Assembly (NCBI GenBank): GCA_000437355.1
Contig: FR899774.1
Coordinates: 50,404-114,403 of the forward strand
DNA length: 64,000 nucleotides
Direction: 5' to 3'
Source: Firmicutes bacterium CAG:460
GTDB taxonomy: Bacteria > Bacillota_I > Bacilli_A > RF39 > UBA660
Made by a program: the position numbers and the translations under genes. The notes under the pieces were generated by a model that searched no databases, was not told the origin of the DNA, and saw nothing but the letters and a program-made list of their open reading frames with translations. How positions within the stretch are numbered: position 1 is the first letter of the stretch; each line of letters starts with the position of its first letter. Below, one piece after another: positions 40,961-50,673 of this stretch.

Positions 40961-42220
40961 TTTTATTTTTCTTGCTTCAAGATAATATCTCTTGTCATAA
41001 GAATGTCCCATTGAAAATGTTTTTCTTGGTAATGAGCCATCTAAAATAACAGTTTTAAATAATTCACTTTTTGGCATGGCATCAAAAATGAAACCAACAT
41101 TTTTATCACTTTTATGAGTTAATTCTTTTGTTACATCTTCACCATGAATGTAATCAACTTTTCCTGGATTTTCTTTTAAATATTCATCTAGGAACATTTG
41201 AATTGAACCAACAGAAATGTTTGATTTTGGATTTTCTATATACCAAACTTCATCAATATCTTTAGTAATTATTTCAAATTTTTCACCATTGCCATCTTTG
41301 TTAATAACATAATATTCTTTTAATTTTTCTACTAAATCTTCTGGATTTGTATCAAAAACTACTCTATTAATTGCTTCAAATTCAAGAGCTTTGCTATGTA
41401 AATTTACAAGTTCTACTAAAGCATAACGAGCTGGATGATTTAAGTATTCTTCTTCACTCATAGTCTTCTTTAAGTTTTCATAACAAGCTTTAGCTGTTGC
41501 AAGTGAATGATTTCCATCTCCCATGGCAAATAGTAAAACTCCTTTATCTTTAACATCATATTTAGCTTCAAAAGCATCTTTGTCTGCTAGAGATGCAAGT
41601 CCTTTATCAACTTCATCCATTGCCTCATTATTTAAAACATATCCTTTAATGTGTCCACCATTTTTCATTAAATCAAAATCATAAACAACATCTTCTTCAG
41701 TTACTTTTGTTTTTAGACTTTCAATGATTTCTTTTTTGTCATCATCAATTAAAATCATGATATGTGGAAGTTCTAGTGATGCATTTTCTCTGATTTTAAC
41801 ACGTGGTGGTATTCTTTCCATAACAGTTTTTTCTGTTGCTCTGATTGGTGTCTTGCTTCCAGCTTCATAAGAATATCCTTCTAGGTCAACGATACCCATT
41901 AAACCTTCACGAACTTTTCCATCATTTTGGGTTCTTTCAAGATAAATCATGCTATCTTTGTATTCTTTGAAAAAGTCTTCTTTTAATAATTCTTCCATGT
42001 TTGAATTAATATTTTCAATTCTTTTTTCAACATCACTTTCTTCAAGATATATTTCTGGTAAAGTTAATTTTAATGTTGATGGACTATCTCCGACGATTTT
42101 TTCAACATCACTCCAATATTCTGGTTCACTTGTATATTGGTCACAAGCTACTACACTCCATTTTGTCATATCAGCATTTTTAGGAAGTAGTATATTACCT
42201 CTTTTGAAAGGTACGTTCAT
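40958..42220 (-). CDS. DUF1015-family protein
   Basis: 420 aa with the conserved DUF1015 region GDGNHSLATAKACYENL...HPARYALVELVNLHSKALEFEAINRV. Confidence 0.7.
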   Translation of the reverse strand: MNVPFKRGNILLPKNADMTKWSVVACDQYTSEPEYWSDVEKIVGDSPSTLKLTLPEIYLEESDVEKRIENINSNMEELLKEDFFKEYKDSMIYLERTQNDGKVREGLMGIVDLEGYSYEAGSKTPIRATEKTVMERIPPRVKIRENASLELPHIMILIDDDKKEIIESLKTKVTEEDVVYDFDLMKNGGHIKGYVLNNEAMDEVDKGLASLADKDAFEAKYDVKDKGVLLFAMGDGNHSLATAKACYENLKKTMSEEEYLNHPARYALVELVNLHSKALEFEAINRVVFDTNPEDLVEKLKEYYVINKDGNGEKFEIITKDIDEVWYIENPKSNISVGSIQMFLDEYLKENPGKVDYIHGEDVTKELTHKSDKNVGFIFDAMPKSELFKTVILDGSLPRKTFSMGHSYDKRYYLEARKIK

Positions 42221-42277
42221 AATATCATCTCCTGAATAGATTATATCATAGATATTATAAAAAAATAAGCATCAAAT

Positions 42278-42988
42278 TTAATTTCTAATATAGATTGGCT
42301 TTTCTTTTCTTCTTATTAATTTCTTAGCTTCATTAAGTCTAGTTATTTTTGTACCTATATAACTACTCAAAGCGTATCGTAAAGCTTCGATAAATTCAAT
42401 GCAAGAAACAGAATCAGATAAGTACATTTCTTTTAAAATTGAGTTTTTATTTACGAAATCGTTAAAATAGTTATCTACAAGAAACAACATTATTTCCAAA
42501 TTAAACCCGCGCATGTTATCTTTAACTTTGTCTCCATAGCTATATTCCAGAGTATCAATTATTTTAAAGGTGCCATTATTATATAAAATATTGTACATAA
42601 TATCGTATATTACTATATTGTTTTCTGATAGAATATTAAAATCTAATGTTGCATTTTTTATGCCTTTTAATAATGTATCAAGATTTAACATTAATGGATT
42701 TATTTTCCATAGATTTCTTGATGAAATATATGGCATAGTATATCCTACGACAATATCATTTATCATAATAACATCTGTTGCCCAGATAAAAGTTTTGTTT
42801 TTTACATTACTAAATTTTAATATATCTTCTTTTTTATAAGATGTTATTCCCTCTTCAAAAAAATCATGAAATATTTTTATTACTGTATTATTAGTTTTGT
42901 CTAAATAACATATTCCTTGTGATCCCTGTCCTATAAATTCTAAACTATTTAAATATGTTTTTAACTGTTTTTCTGATTTAAAGTTCAT
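42278..42988 (-). CDS. Hypothetical protein with a protein-kinase-like N-terminal signature
   Basis: EFIGQGSQGICYL...VIKIF resembles a Gly-rich loop plus a VxK lysine. The start ATG giving MNFKSEKQ is preceded by GGAGGT, and the ORF-track start is an upstream extension. Confidence 0.4.
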   Translation of the reverse strand: MNFKSEKQLKTYLNSLEFIGQGSQGICYLDKTNNTVIKIFHDFFEEGITSYKKEDILKFSNVKNKTFIWATDVIMINDIVVGYTMPYISSRNLWKINPLMLNLDTLLKGIKNATLDFNILSENNIVIYDIMYNILYNNGTFKIIDTLEYSYGDKVKDNMRGFNLEIMLFLVDNYFNDFVNKNSILKEMYLSDSVSCIEFIEALRYALSSYIGTKITRLNEAKKLIRRKEKPIYIRN

Positions 42989-43008
42989 ACTTACCTCCGC
43001 GAGATAAT

Positions 43009-43037
43009 ATTTTAGCACTTTTTACCCACAAACGCAA
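43009..43037 (-). promoter_or_regulatory. Putative promoter of the kinase-like gene
   Basis: On the minus strand: TTGCGT, a 17-nt spacer, then TAAAAT. Confidence 0.4.
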
Positions 43038-43278
43038 ATAAAGTTAAAGCATCCACTTTGATAACCCAATCATAACATTTGTTTTGTCATATATCAAAAC
43101 TTTTATTTCCAATAAAACTTGATTGGATATACCAAATATTGGTTAACACTTACCAAGCATAATCAAAGTGTCACATTTTTATTTTACGCAAATTTCTTTG
43201 CTAGATATAACGCATCATAACTAGATATTTTTCAAGTCGTGATATTTCAATTAATTTTGTTGGGGTTTTAACTTTTTT

Positions 43279-44910
43279 TTACTGATTTTCTTCATCTAAC
43301 ATCTCGTAATGCATGACGATATCTCTATCGTAATAAGTAATGCGTCCACTTGGTAAAAGTAACATTCTGTTAATATTAAGATTATCAACAAAATCCAAAT
43401 TATGTGATACTAGAAGCATTGTTCCTTCATAATTTTTAAATGTATCTGAGATTATTAATTGAGTCATTGGATCTAAGTGATTTGTTGGTTCATCTAATAG
43501 CAATGTATTGGCTCCAGTTAAGGATATTTTAGCTAAAGCCACTCTGCTTCGTTCTCCTGGTGATAATACTTCAACTTTTTTGAAAATATCATCACCAGAA
43601 AATAGAAAACTACCTAACATTCTTCTTATTTCATAATCTGCAAGACCAAAGTTAGCAAAGTTTTCTAAAATTGTTTTATTAGGTTCTAGTATTTCATGCT
43701 CTTGGGCATAGTATGCTATGTCGGTTTTTTCAGTTATTTCAATATTACCTTCCAAAGGTTTTAAATACCCCATTATTAAACGTAAAAGTGTTGTTTTACC
43801 TATACCATTTTCACCTACTACTAAAAGTTTTTCACCACGAGATAAATCAAAATTTAAATTTTCATATAATAAATTTTCTTCATCATAACCAAATGTCAAA
43901 TTATTACATTTTATTGGTATACTATAACTTGGTCTATTTATTTTCATATTGAATTTAGTATACTTATTTTTCTTTTCTAATTCAACTTTTTCACTTTCTA
44001 ATTTTTCTAACTTCTTTATTCTATCTTTAGCAATATTTGCTTTCTTTTCATTACCTCGGATATATTTAGCTATTATACCTTTTAATTTTTCTTCTTCTTT
44101 TTGTTGACGCTCATATAATCTTTTCTTTGCTAAGTCTCTTTCATTTTTTATCTTTATAAATTTTTCATAATTAACATTATACATTTCAACATTATGTTTT
44201 ATTTTATCAACATACAATGTCTTTTTGGTTACTTCATTTAAAAATTCTATATCATGTGAAATTACTAAAATAATACCATGATAATTTTTTAAATAATTAA
44301 TTATATAATCTTTTGTATCTAAATCTAAGTGATTTGTTGGTTCATCAAGAAGCATTATTTCAGGATTTGAATATAAAAGTCTTGCAAAGGCAACTTTAGA
44401 TTTTTGTCCACCGGAGATGTTTTTTAGCTTTAAATCAAGAAGATTATCATCTATATTCATTCCACTGATAATTTTAAGAAGAGAACCCTCAGCATTATAT
44501 TCATCGTAGTATTCAAGTAATTCACTGACACGATTTATTTTTTTATAATATTTTTTTAATTCATATTCATTATCTAAGTTAGCTATTGCCTCATATAAAG
44601 AATTTAATTCTTCTTTAAGTTTTTTAATTGGTCTTCCTTCAAGTAGATATTCAAAAACAGTTTCTTCTTCATTACTTGCATCATCCATTATAACTTGTGG
44701 TAGATAGCCTAGTTTAATTTTAGAATTTAAAGTAATATTTCCAGCATCTGGAGTTATGTTTCCAATTAAAATATTAAATAATGTTGATTTTCCTGCTCCG
44801 TTTACACCAATTATACCTACTTTATCATTGTTATTAATTTGAAATGATATATTATCAAATATAGTTTGAGTTCCAAAAGACATACATAAATTTTCTATTT
44901 TCAAAAGCAT
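43279..44910 (-). CDS. ABC-F family ATPase (two ABC domains, no TMD)
   Basis: Two Walker A / signature sets (GVNGAGKST...LSGGQKSKVAF; GENGIGKTT...LSPGERSRVAL) separated by a charged linker. The start is the ATG giving MLLKIENL, after the RBS AAGGAAG. Confidence 0.85.
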   Translation of the reverse strand: MLLKIENLCMSFGTQTIFDNISFQINNNDKVGIIGVNGAGKSTLFNILIGNITPDAGNITLNSKIKLGYLPQVIMDDASNEEETVFEYLLEGRPIKKLKEELNSLYEAIANLDNEYELKKYYKKINRVSELLEYYDEYNAEGSLLKIISGMNIDDNLLDLKLKNISGGQKSKVAFARLLYSNPEIMLLDEPTNHLDLDTKDYIINYLKNYHGIILVISHDIEFLNEVTKKTLYVDKIKHNVEMYNVNYEKFIKIKNERDLAKKRLYERQQKEEEKLKGIIAKYIRGNEKKANIAKDRIKKLEKLESEKVELEKKNKYTKFNMKINRPSYSIPIKCNNLTFGYDEENLLYENLNFDLSRGEKLLVVGENGIGKTTLLRLIMGYLKPLEGNIEITEKTDIAYYAQEHEILEPNKTILENFANFGLADYEIRRMLGSFLFSGDDIFKKVEVLSPGERSRVALAKISLTGANTLLLDEPTNHLDPMTQLIISDTFKNYEGTMLLVSHNLDFVDNLNINRMLLLPSGRITYYDRDIVMHYEMLDEENQ

Positions 44911-44927
44911 CACTTCCTTACAAAGCA

Positions 44928-44956
44928 ATTATAGAAGATTAACACAATCAAGTCAA
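44928..44956 (-). promoter_or_regulatory. Promoter of the ABC-F gene, giving a ~12-nt leader
   Basis: On the minus strand: TTGACT, a 17-nt spacer, then TATAAT, immediately before the RBS. Confidence 0.5.
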
Positions 44957-45241
44957 CAAAAAAACTATTTACTTTTTTTTGAACAACATAAAAATATCCG
45001 ATATATGATTTTACATCCAATGATTCTAACGTTACGATTGTTTTTTAATGTTTCATAAAATTTATCAATTATTTTTTCCAACATTCTTAATTATTAAATA
45101 CAATTTTGTTTTTTCACTCTATATCATTTTACTTCGTTTTTTTAATTTTCTTTACAAGAAAATTATTTAAATTATTTATGAATGCACCTTTTAGATTTTA
45201 AATTTTAATTTATGTATGACTATTCTTTATCTGTTTTATTT

Positions 45242-45280
45242 AAAAAAAAATACATACCATTTAAAGTGATATGTACTTTT
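45242..45280. terminator. Rho-independent terminator downstream of the acyltransferase gene
   Basis: TACATA...TATGTA stem followed by T9 on the minus strand. Confidence 0.5.
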
Positions 45281-45283
45281 ATT

Positions 45284-47506
45284 TTATTTATCTTTTAGTG
45301 AGCTTTCTAAAATTTTATTTAATGCAGTATTACCTTTTTCTGTTAGATGTATTCCATCTGCCATTAAATAGTCTTTGTTCTTTTGAATTTGAGTGTAAAA
45401 ATTAATTACTGTTACATTGCTATAACTTCCTAGACTATCTAAAGGTTTTCCACTTGACACAATATATAATTTGCTATTTTTACAAAGTTCAATTAATTCT
45501 TGATACTCTTTTATGGATATCACTGTTGAATTATCAAAGGCAAGTACTATTTTATTTGCTAAGGTATTTTCCTTAATAGATTTTTCAATACTTTCTTTTA
45601 AATCTTTATAACTAAAATCTTTATTTATTACGAATTTTGAGTCTGTAAAGTTTGATTGTAATGTTTCAAAGTCATAGAATAAAATATCATTACCATAAAA
45701 AACCATTTTCTTTTTTAGTTCCTCTTGGTGTTCTTTAATAAGCTGTTCTTTTTTATCTTTAAATGTATCTTTGTAAACATCTACGATGGCATTATAAACA
45801 ATATTTGTATACTCTTTTCTACCTGTTGGTGGTAAATGAATTCCATCGGCATAGAACCAATCACTATGACCTTTTGAAAGACTATACCAATCTATAATAT
45901 GTAAATTATCATATTTTTTAGCTAATTCATTTAAATTATCATTTACATAAGTATAATTTGTTGTATTGATCCAAAAAACAGTTTTATCGTTTAAAAGATC
46001 CATTATTTTTTCTTTGCAATTATTCTTGCAATCTCCATTTGTTCCTAGATGAATTACTACTGGGTTACCAAGTTTTTTGTTATTTTTTAGCTCCTCAAGA
46101 ATTGTATATCCTACATATGTGGAACGAGACTCTTTAGAGTCAAAATAGCTATTTGGAAACGCTTTTTTTAAATTGTTCATGGCTCCGAGCATAACCGAAT
46201 CTCCTACAAAAGTTACAGGAAGTTCTTTAACTAATTCATCAAGACTCTTGTTTTCTAGTTCTTCAAGTTGTTTCGCCCAATCATCTTCTTCTTTTTTCTC
46301 AAGAATTTGATACTCTTTTTGTTTTTCTAACATTATTTTTTCATTTTCTGCTAATTCAGCTTCTAGTTGCTTCATTTCTTTTTCGTGTGATTTTGTAGTT
46401 ATATATTTATAACCTCCGAATGCTGATAATCCTATGATTACAACTAATACTATTCTTCTTACTATTTTCATATTATCCCTCTTATTTAGTACCATATGTA
46501 ATACATATGATATTATTAATATAATTATTATAATTAATGGTGTTTTTAAATAATGATTTACATTTATATATTGAAATAAAAATATAACTGGATATTGTAC
46601 TAAGTAAATTTCATAACTTAAATCAGATATTACTTTAAGTATTTTATCCAAAATATTCAATTCTTTTTTATCTAAAACGGCATAATCAATTAACCTACAT
46701 GATATTAAAGTTATTATAATCATACTAAATGTAAATAACTTTGAATTTGAATCTATTAAACAAAATAATACTATGGATATAACTAAATATGCTCCGAATA
46801 TTATTTTACGAAGTGGTTTTTTTCTAATATACTCTGGTACTAATGGTTTGTAATACGAATGAATAAAACCTAAGCACAAACCAAAAAGTATTGAATAAAT
46901 TCTTGCGAATGTATTATAATAGGCATTCATTAAATTAGAACCTAGAGTACATTTATAAAAATATGCTGTCCCAATTACTGCAAGTATAAAAGTAAAAGCA
47001 CAAGGAGCTAATTTATCTACTTTATCTCCAAGTTTTTTTAATCCTTTGTAAATAAACGGAAAAACTAAATCAAATTGTAATAATATTGATATGTACCACA
47101 AATGCATAAACGGTGAATCTACATGCCTAGCAAAATAATCTAAATTAGCATTTATTTGCCAAAAATTATTGTATCCTAATAATACTGATGTGGTTTCAAT
47201 TTTTAAACTTAGCCAGTTAATACTACTAAAAAAAGAAACGATAGCCACCGATATTAAAGTCACCATTACTAGAGGTATATATATTTTTTTTAATCTAGAT
47301 ATATAATATTCTTTATATGAAAATTTTTCTTTTTTAAAAGACGTAACACATGATAAATATCCACTTAATACAAAGAAAGTACATACCGCTAAATAACCAC
47401 CTTTAAGTATTCCTAAATGATAGAATAATACTGCAATACAGGCTATTACTCTGATTATATTTAAATTTTTATAGTATTCTTTTTTATTATTTTTGATTTT
47501 ATTCAT
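45284..47506 (-). CDS. Acyltransferase-3 family membrane protein with a C-terminal SGNH hydrolase domain (OatA-like O-acetyltransferase)
   Basis: About 10 TM helices in the acyl_transf_3 region, a coiled-coil linker, then an SGNH-like domain (FVGDSVMLG...HLGTNGD). The start ATG giving MNKIKNN follows the RBS GAGGTG. Confidence 0.75.
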   Translation of the reverse strand: MNKIKNNKKEYYKNLNIIRVIACIAVLFYHLGILKGGYLAVCTFFVLSGYLSCVTSFKKEKFSYKEYYISRLKKIYIPLVMVTLISVAIVSFFSSINWLSLKIETTSVLLGYNNFWQINANLDYFARHVDSPFMHLWYISILLQFDLVFPFIYKGLKKLGDKVDKLAPCAFTFILAVIGTAYFYKCTLGSNLMNAYYNTFARIYSILFGLCLGFIHSYYKPLVPEYIRKKPLRKIIFGAYLVISIVLFCLIDSNSKLFTFSMIIITLISCRLIDYAVLDKKELNILDKILKVISDLSYEIYLVQYPVIFLFQYINVNHYLKTPLIIIIILIISYVLHMVLNKRDNMKIVRRIVLVVIIGLSAFGGYKYITTKSHEKEMKQLEAELAENEKIMLEKQKEYQILEKKEEDDWAKQLEELENKSLDELVKELPVTFVGDSVMLGAMNNLKKAFPNSYFDSKESRSTYVGYTILEELKNNKKLGNPVVIHLGTNGDCKNNCKEKIMDLLNDKTVFWINTTNYTYVNDNLNELAKKYDNLHIIDWYSLSKGHSDWFYADGIHLPPTGRKEYTNIVYNAIVDVYKDTFKDKKEQLIKEHQEELKKKMVFYGNDILFYDFETLQSNFTDSKFVINKDFSYKDLKESIEKSIKENTLANKIVLAFDNSTVISIKEYQELIELCKNSKLYIVSSGKPLDSLGSYSNVTVINFYTQIQKNKDYLMADGIHLTEKGNTALNKILESSLKDK

Positions 47507-47588
47507 TTTGCACCTCAAATATAACACTATTTTTAACAATTTTAATTATACCATAAAAATAGCCTTTCAAAAGACTTTTATTGTTTTT

Positions 47589-47975
47589 TTATGGAATATT
47601 TCTTATTCTTGACATTCCAAGTTGAACTAAAGAAAAATTATCAGATAACTCTTTTAATAATTCTTTTAATTCTTGAATTGAAGATACCACTATATCCGTT
47701 GGTCTTAATATGGCAAGTTGAACATATACGCCATTTTCATTTTTATAAAATACACATGGAGAATCATGACCAAGATTGCATAGGCTAGCCCAGTCCATAC
47801 CAAACGAAAATCTAAAACATGGACATATTTTATTCATTTCATTTACTGTGTAAACCTCTCCAACATAAATTGTTCTTACAAGGTCCTTTTTCTTCTTATT
47901 AGAATTTATTATTTCATATACTTCTAATTTCAATAAATCTTCTGGAACATCAATATTATCAATATCTTCTGGCAT
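47589..47975 (-). CDS. Small protein of unknown function, copy 3 of a tandem paralog trio
   Basis: 128 aa. It shares the LLKLEVYE...IYVGEVY N-terminal block and a C-terminal block with the neighbours. Confidence 0.45.
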   Translation of the reverse strand: MPEDIDNIDVPEDLLKLEVYEIINSNKKKKDLVRTIYVGEVYTVNEMNKICPCFRFSFGMDWASLCNLGHDSPCVFYKNENGVYVQLAILRPTDIVVSSIQELKELLKELSDNFSLVQLGMSRIRNIP

Positions 47976-48007
47976 ATTGATAACTAATGGAGATGTATTT
48001 TCATCTT

Positions 48008-48304
48008 TTATTGTAGGATATCTTTTAGAGTTTTAACATCAAAATTTTCACAATATCTATAATTGGGATTTATGCTTCTTATTATTCTTTCAGGGTATAC
48101 TTCTCCAACATATATCGCACATATATATTCTTCTTTACCATCTTGTTTTTCAAATACTTCTAACTTTAAAATATTATTTGGAAATTCAACGCTTTCTAAA
48201 TCGCATGGTAATTCAAGCACTAATGGCGAATTACTTTTATCTTTTGGAAATGAAAATCCTTTACTATTTGTATTTATTATTTTTAATATAATGTTTTCTT
48301 TCAT
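48008..48304 (-). CDS. Copy 2 of the paralog trio, lacking the C-terminal block
   Basis: 98 aa holding only the N-terminal homologous region. Its 3' end abuts or overlaps copy 3. Confidence 0.35.
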   Translation of the reverse strand: MKENIILKIINTNSKGFSFPKDKSNSPLVLELPCDLESVEFPNNILKLEVFEKQDGKEEYICAIYVGEVYPERIIRSINPNYRYCENFDVKTLKDILQ

Positions 48305-48737
48305 TATTTACCTCCTTAATTCTGGATACTCCTATTAATCTTTTTTGGTGTTTTTCCGTTAATTCATCTAACAACATTTTAAGTTGATTTATATTTTCTA
48401 CAACCATGTCACCACGATTTAATTTTGCAAGTAAAACTAAAGCCCCATTAGAATTTGGTACAAATACATAAGGTGTATTATCTTTTTCTTGAGAAAATTG
48501 AAAGGTCGGGCTTAATGATTGAATAGTTTCCTTAAAAAAACTTCTCCGATGTATATAGCAAATAAGTATTCTTCTGTTTCTTCGCAAGTTTCATATACTT
48601 CCAATTTTACAATATTTTGAGGAAATGATATTTTTTCAATTTCTGTTGATAAAATTATTTCGATAGGCATATCATCTTTTTTGTAAACTTTGCCATCTTT
48701 TGTTACTAAATTTTTTATTTTTAATTTCTTTTTTCAT
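48264..48737 (-). pseudogene. Copy 1 of the paralog trio, interrupted by two single-base shifts in homopolymers
   Basis: It splits into a 22-aa ORF, a 50-aa segment and the 107-aa ORF. The frame is restored by -1 in the T6 run (48677-48682) and +1 in the A7 run (48534-48540). Confidence 0.4.
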
Positions 48738-48783
48738 TCATGTCAAAACCTCCTTTATAAATTAAATCGCTTATTTTTTAGTT

Positions 48784-49251
48784 TTAATATATTTGTTTTT
48801 GTTTTTCTTTATATTCTTCAAATAATTCAAAGCATTTATCATGGTCTAATTGTTCTATTTTCAAAACCTCTTCATTTTTATTGTTTATATATTTATAAAT
48901 GAAATCATCTCTAAATCCTATTTCTTCTGCTTCATTTACATTCGTTCCATAATATACAGTTTGAATATTTGCCCAGATTATAGCTGATAGACACATTGGG
49001 CATGGATATCCAGTTGCATAAAGTATGCAATTTGATAAATCATGTGTTTTTAGTTTTTTTGACGCTTCTCTAATTGCATTTATTTCAGCATGAGCTGTTG
49101 GGTCATAAGTTTCCAACACTAAATTTGAAGATATGCTTATTATATTTCCCTTTTTATCTGTAATTACTGCTCCAAAAGGACCACCTTTATTATCATTCAT
49201 AGTTTTTCTTGCTTGATTTATTCCAAAAGTCATTATTTTATCGTTATTCAT
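48784..49251 (-). CDS. CDA-fold nucleoside/guanine deaminase (GuaD/TadA-like)
   Basis: GGPFGAVI, PTAHAEINAI, GYPCPMCLSAIIWA, EIGFRDDFIYKYI. The best resemblance is to Bacillus GuaD. The start ATG follows AGGTGG. Confidence 0.7.
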   Translation of the reverse strand: MNNDKIMTFGINQARKTMNDNKGGPFGAVITDKKGNIISISSNLVLETYDPTAHAEINAIREASKKLKTHDLSNCILYATGYPCPMCLSAIIWANIQTVYYGTNVNEAEEIGFRDDFIYKYINNKNEEVLKIEQLDHDKCFELFEEYKEKQKQIY

Positions 49252-49305
49252 AGTTACCACCTAATTAAATTGTATCAAAAACACTAAAAAAAGTCATTAA
49301 AAATA

Positions 49306-49331
49306 TGTTAATAACTTTTGAGTTATCAACA
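49306..49331. promoter_or_regulatory. Palindromic operator-like site upstream of the deaminase gene
   Basis: TGTTAATAAC-TTTTGA-GTTATCAACA, with one mismatch between the arms. It lies ~30 nt upstream of the extended -10 (TGATACAAT on the minus strand). Confidence 0.45.
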
Positions 49332-49357
49332 CATTTCTTGTGCAATATTATTTATAA

Positions 49358-49879
49358 CTAGGTGTATTTCTTTTTTCTACATAAAACCATTGAATTTTCA
49401 TTTTCTGTAAATACTTTCAATGTATTTATTGTTGCAAAATTGGCTTCTTCTGCAAACTTTATACCTATTCCGCCTGCTTCTGTCCACTTAAGTAAATTTC
49501 CTGAATAGTCATCTACAAGAATTGCGTCTTGCGCTTTTACAATTTGTGATTTATCTATGCCGCTAGGTACAAAAATAATTCCTACTTCTTTATTTTTACT
49601 TCTTATATAATTTACCTTTGCTATCATTTCTTGTTGTGAATTAACAGTTGTTAGAATTGATACTCGATATCTTTTCTCTTCGCATATTTGGTTAATATAA
49701 TGAAATGCTCTGTTTAATTCATCAGATGCTTCTATAAGTTCCATCCAGTTTATATCTTGATAAAATTTAATAACACGAGGTCTATCACTTAAACTTATTC
49801 CCTGTTCTTCCATCATTTTATAACTTACTTTTATTGTATCTTTTATAACTCCATCAAAATCTATATATAAATCTGTCAT
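49358..49879 (-). CDS. HAD-superfamily 5'(3')-deoxyribonucleotidase-like protein
   Basis: The N-terminal DxDGV motif (LYIDFDGVI) is typical of the NT5C family. The start is the ATG giving MTDLY, after AAGGAG. Confidence 0.6.
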   Translation of the reverse strand: MTDLYIDFDGVIKDTIKVSYKMMEEQGISLSDRPRVIKFYQDINWMELIEASDELNRAFHYINQICEEKRYRVSILTTVNSQQEMIAKVNYIRSKNKEVGIIFVPSGIDKSQIVKAQDAILVDDYSGNLLKWTEAGGIGIKFAEEANFATINTLKVFTENENSMVLCRKKKYT

Positions 49880-49937
49880 TTCCATCTCTCCTTTTGCGTA
49901 TTTTTTACGCATTATATTTGTTTAAAAAAGGTATTTT

Positions 49938-50609
49938 TTAAAATACATCTTTTTTGTTTGTTGTACAGAACTTATACATTTTAGCTGGCTTTTTACCATT
50001 GTATAAGGTATTTTTATGTACATCTTCAATAATTCCTTTATTTAACAATTGTTTTCTAAAATTTCTTCGATCAAATTCTTTGTTTAATAGAGTTTCATAA
50101 ACTTCTTGAATTTCTGGTAATGTAAACTCTTTTGGAAGCAAATCTTTTAAAATATTTCTTTCTAGAACTCTATTTCTAAGAATTTCAATTGAACTATCAA
50201 TTATTTTATTGTGGTCGTAGGCAAGTTTTGGTATATTACCTATTTCAAAGAAATCTGCATTTGATGTTTTTAATGTTTCTTTTTGTAATTCTAATCCATT
50301 GATATTTATTACCCCGATAAATGAAATTCCTATCATTCTTTTTAATTCACTTCTTTTTATGTCATCAAATACAGCTGAAAAATCTAAATCTATTCCTGTT
50401 ATGCCTGTTTTTTCTTTTAATTCTCTTTTGGCTCCATCACATAATAATTCATCATTATATAATGCTCCGCTAGGAAGTGCCCAGAAATCTTTAAATGGTT
50501 CATTGGTTCTTTTTACTAAAAGAATTTTAATTTTACCTTTATCTACTGTAAATATAGTTGATAGAACATGTATACCAATATTTTCATATCTTTTATTCTT
50601 TAATTCCAT
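49938..50609 (-). CDS. Nudix-domain transcriptional regulator (NrtR-like: Nudix + C-terminal winged HTH)
   Basis: A Nudix box with a degenerate EE (GALYNDELLCDGAKRELKEKTGI). The C-terminal segment LPEIQEVYETLLNKEFDRRNFRKQLL is typical of the NrtR wHTH. Confidence 0.65.
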   Translation of the reverse strand: MELKNKRYENIGIHVLSTIFTVDKGKIKILLVKRTNEPFKDFWALPSGALYNDELLCDGAKRELKEKTGITGIDLDFSAVFDDIKRSELKRMIGISFIGVININGLELQKETLKTSNADFFEIGNIPKLAYDHNKIIDSSIEILRNRVLERNILKDLLPKEFTLPEIQEVYETLLNKEFDRRNFRKQLLNKGIIEDVHKNTLYNGKKPAKMYKFCTTNKKDVF

Positions 50610-50629
50610 TATTTTCTCCCTTCATTTCA

Positions 50630-50658
50630 ATTATATGCGTATTTTGTACGTTTGTCAA
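50630..50658 (-). promoter_or_regulatory. Promoter of the nrtR-like operon
   Basis: On the minus strand: TTGACA (50653-50658), a 17-nt spacer, then TATAAT (50630-50635). RBS AAGGGAG. Confidence 0.55.
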
Positions 50659-50673
50659 GTGTTTATTAAAAAA

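Noticed and set aside
43279-44910. ABC-F as an antibiotic-resistance (ARE) determinant
   Set aside because: There is no regulatory leader or uORF, and the promoter sits directly at the RBS. There is insufficient evidence to call resistance.
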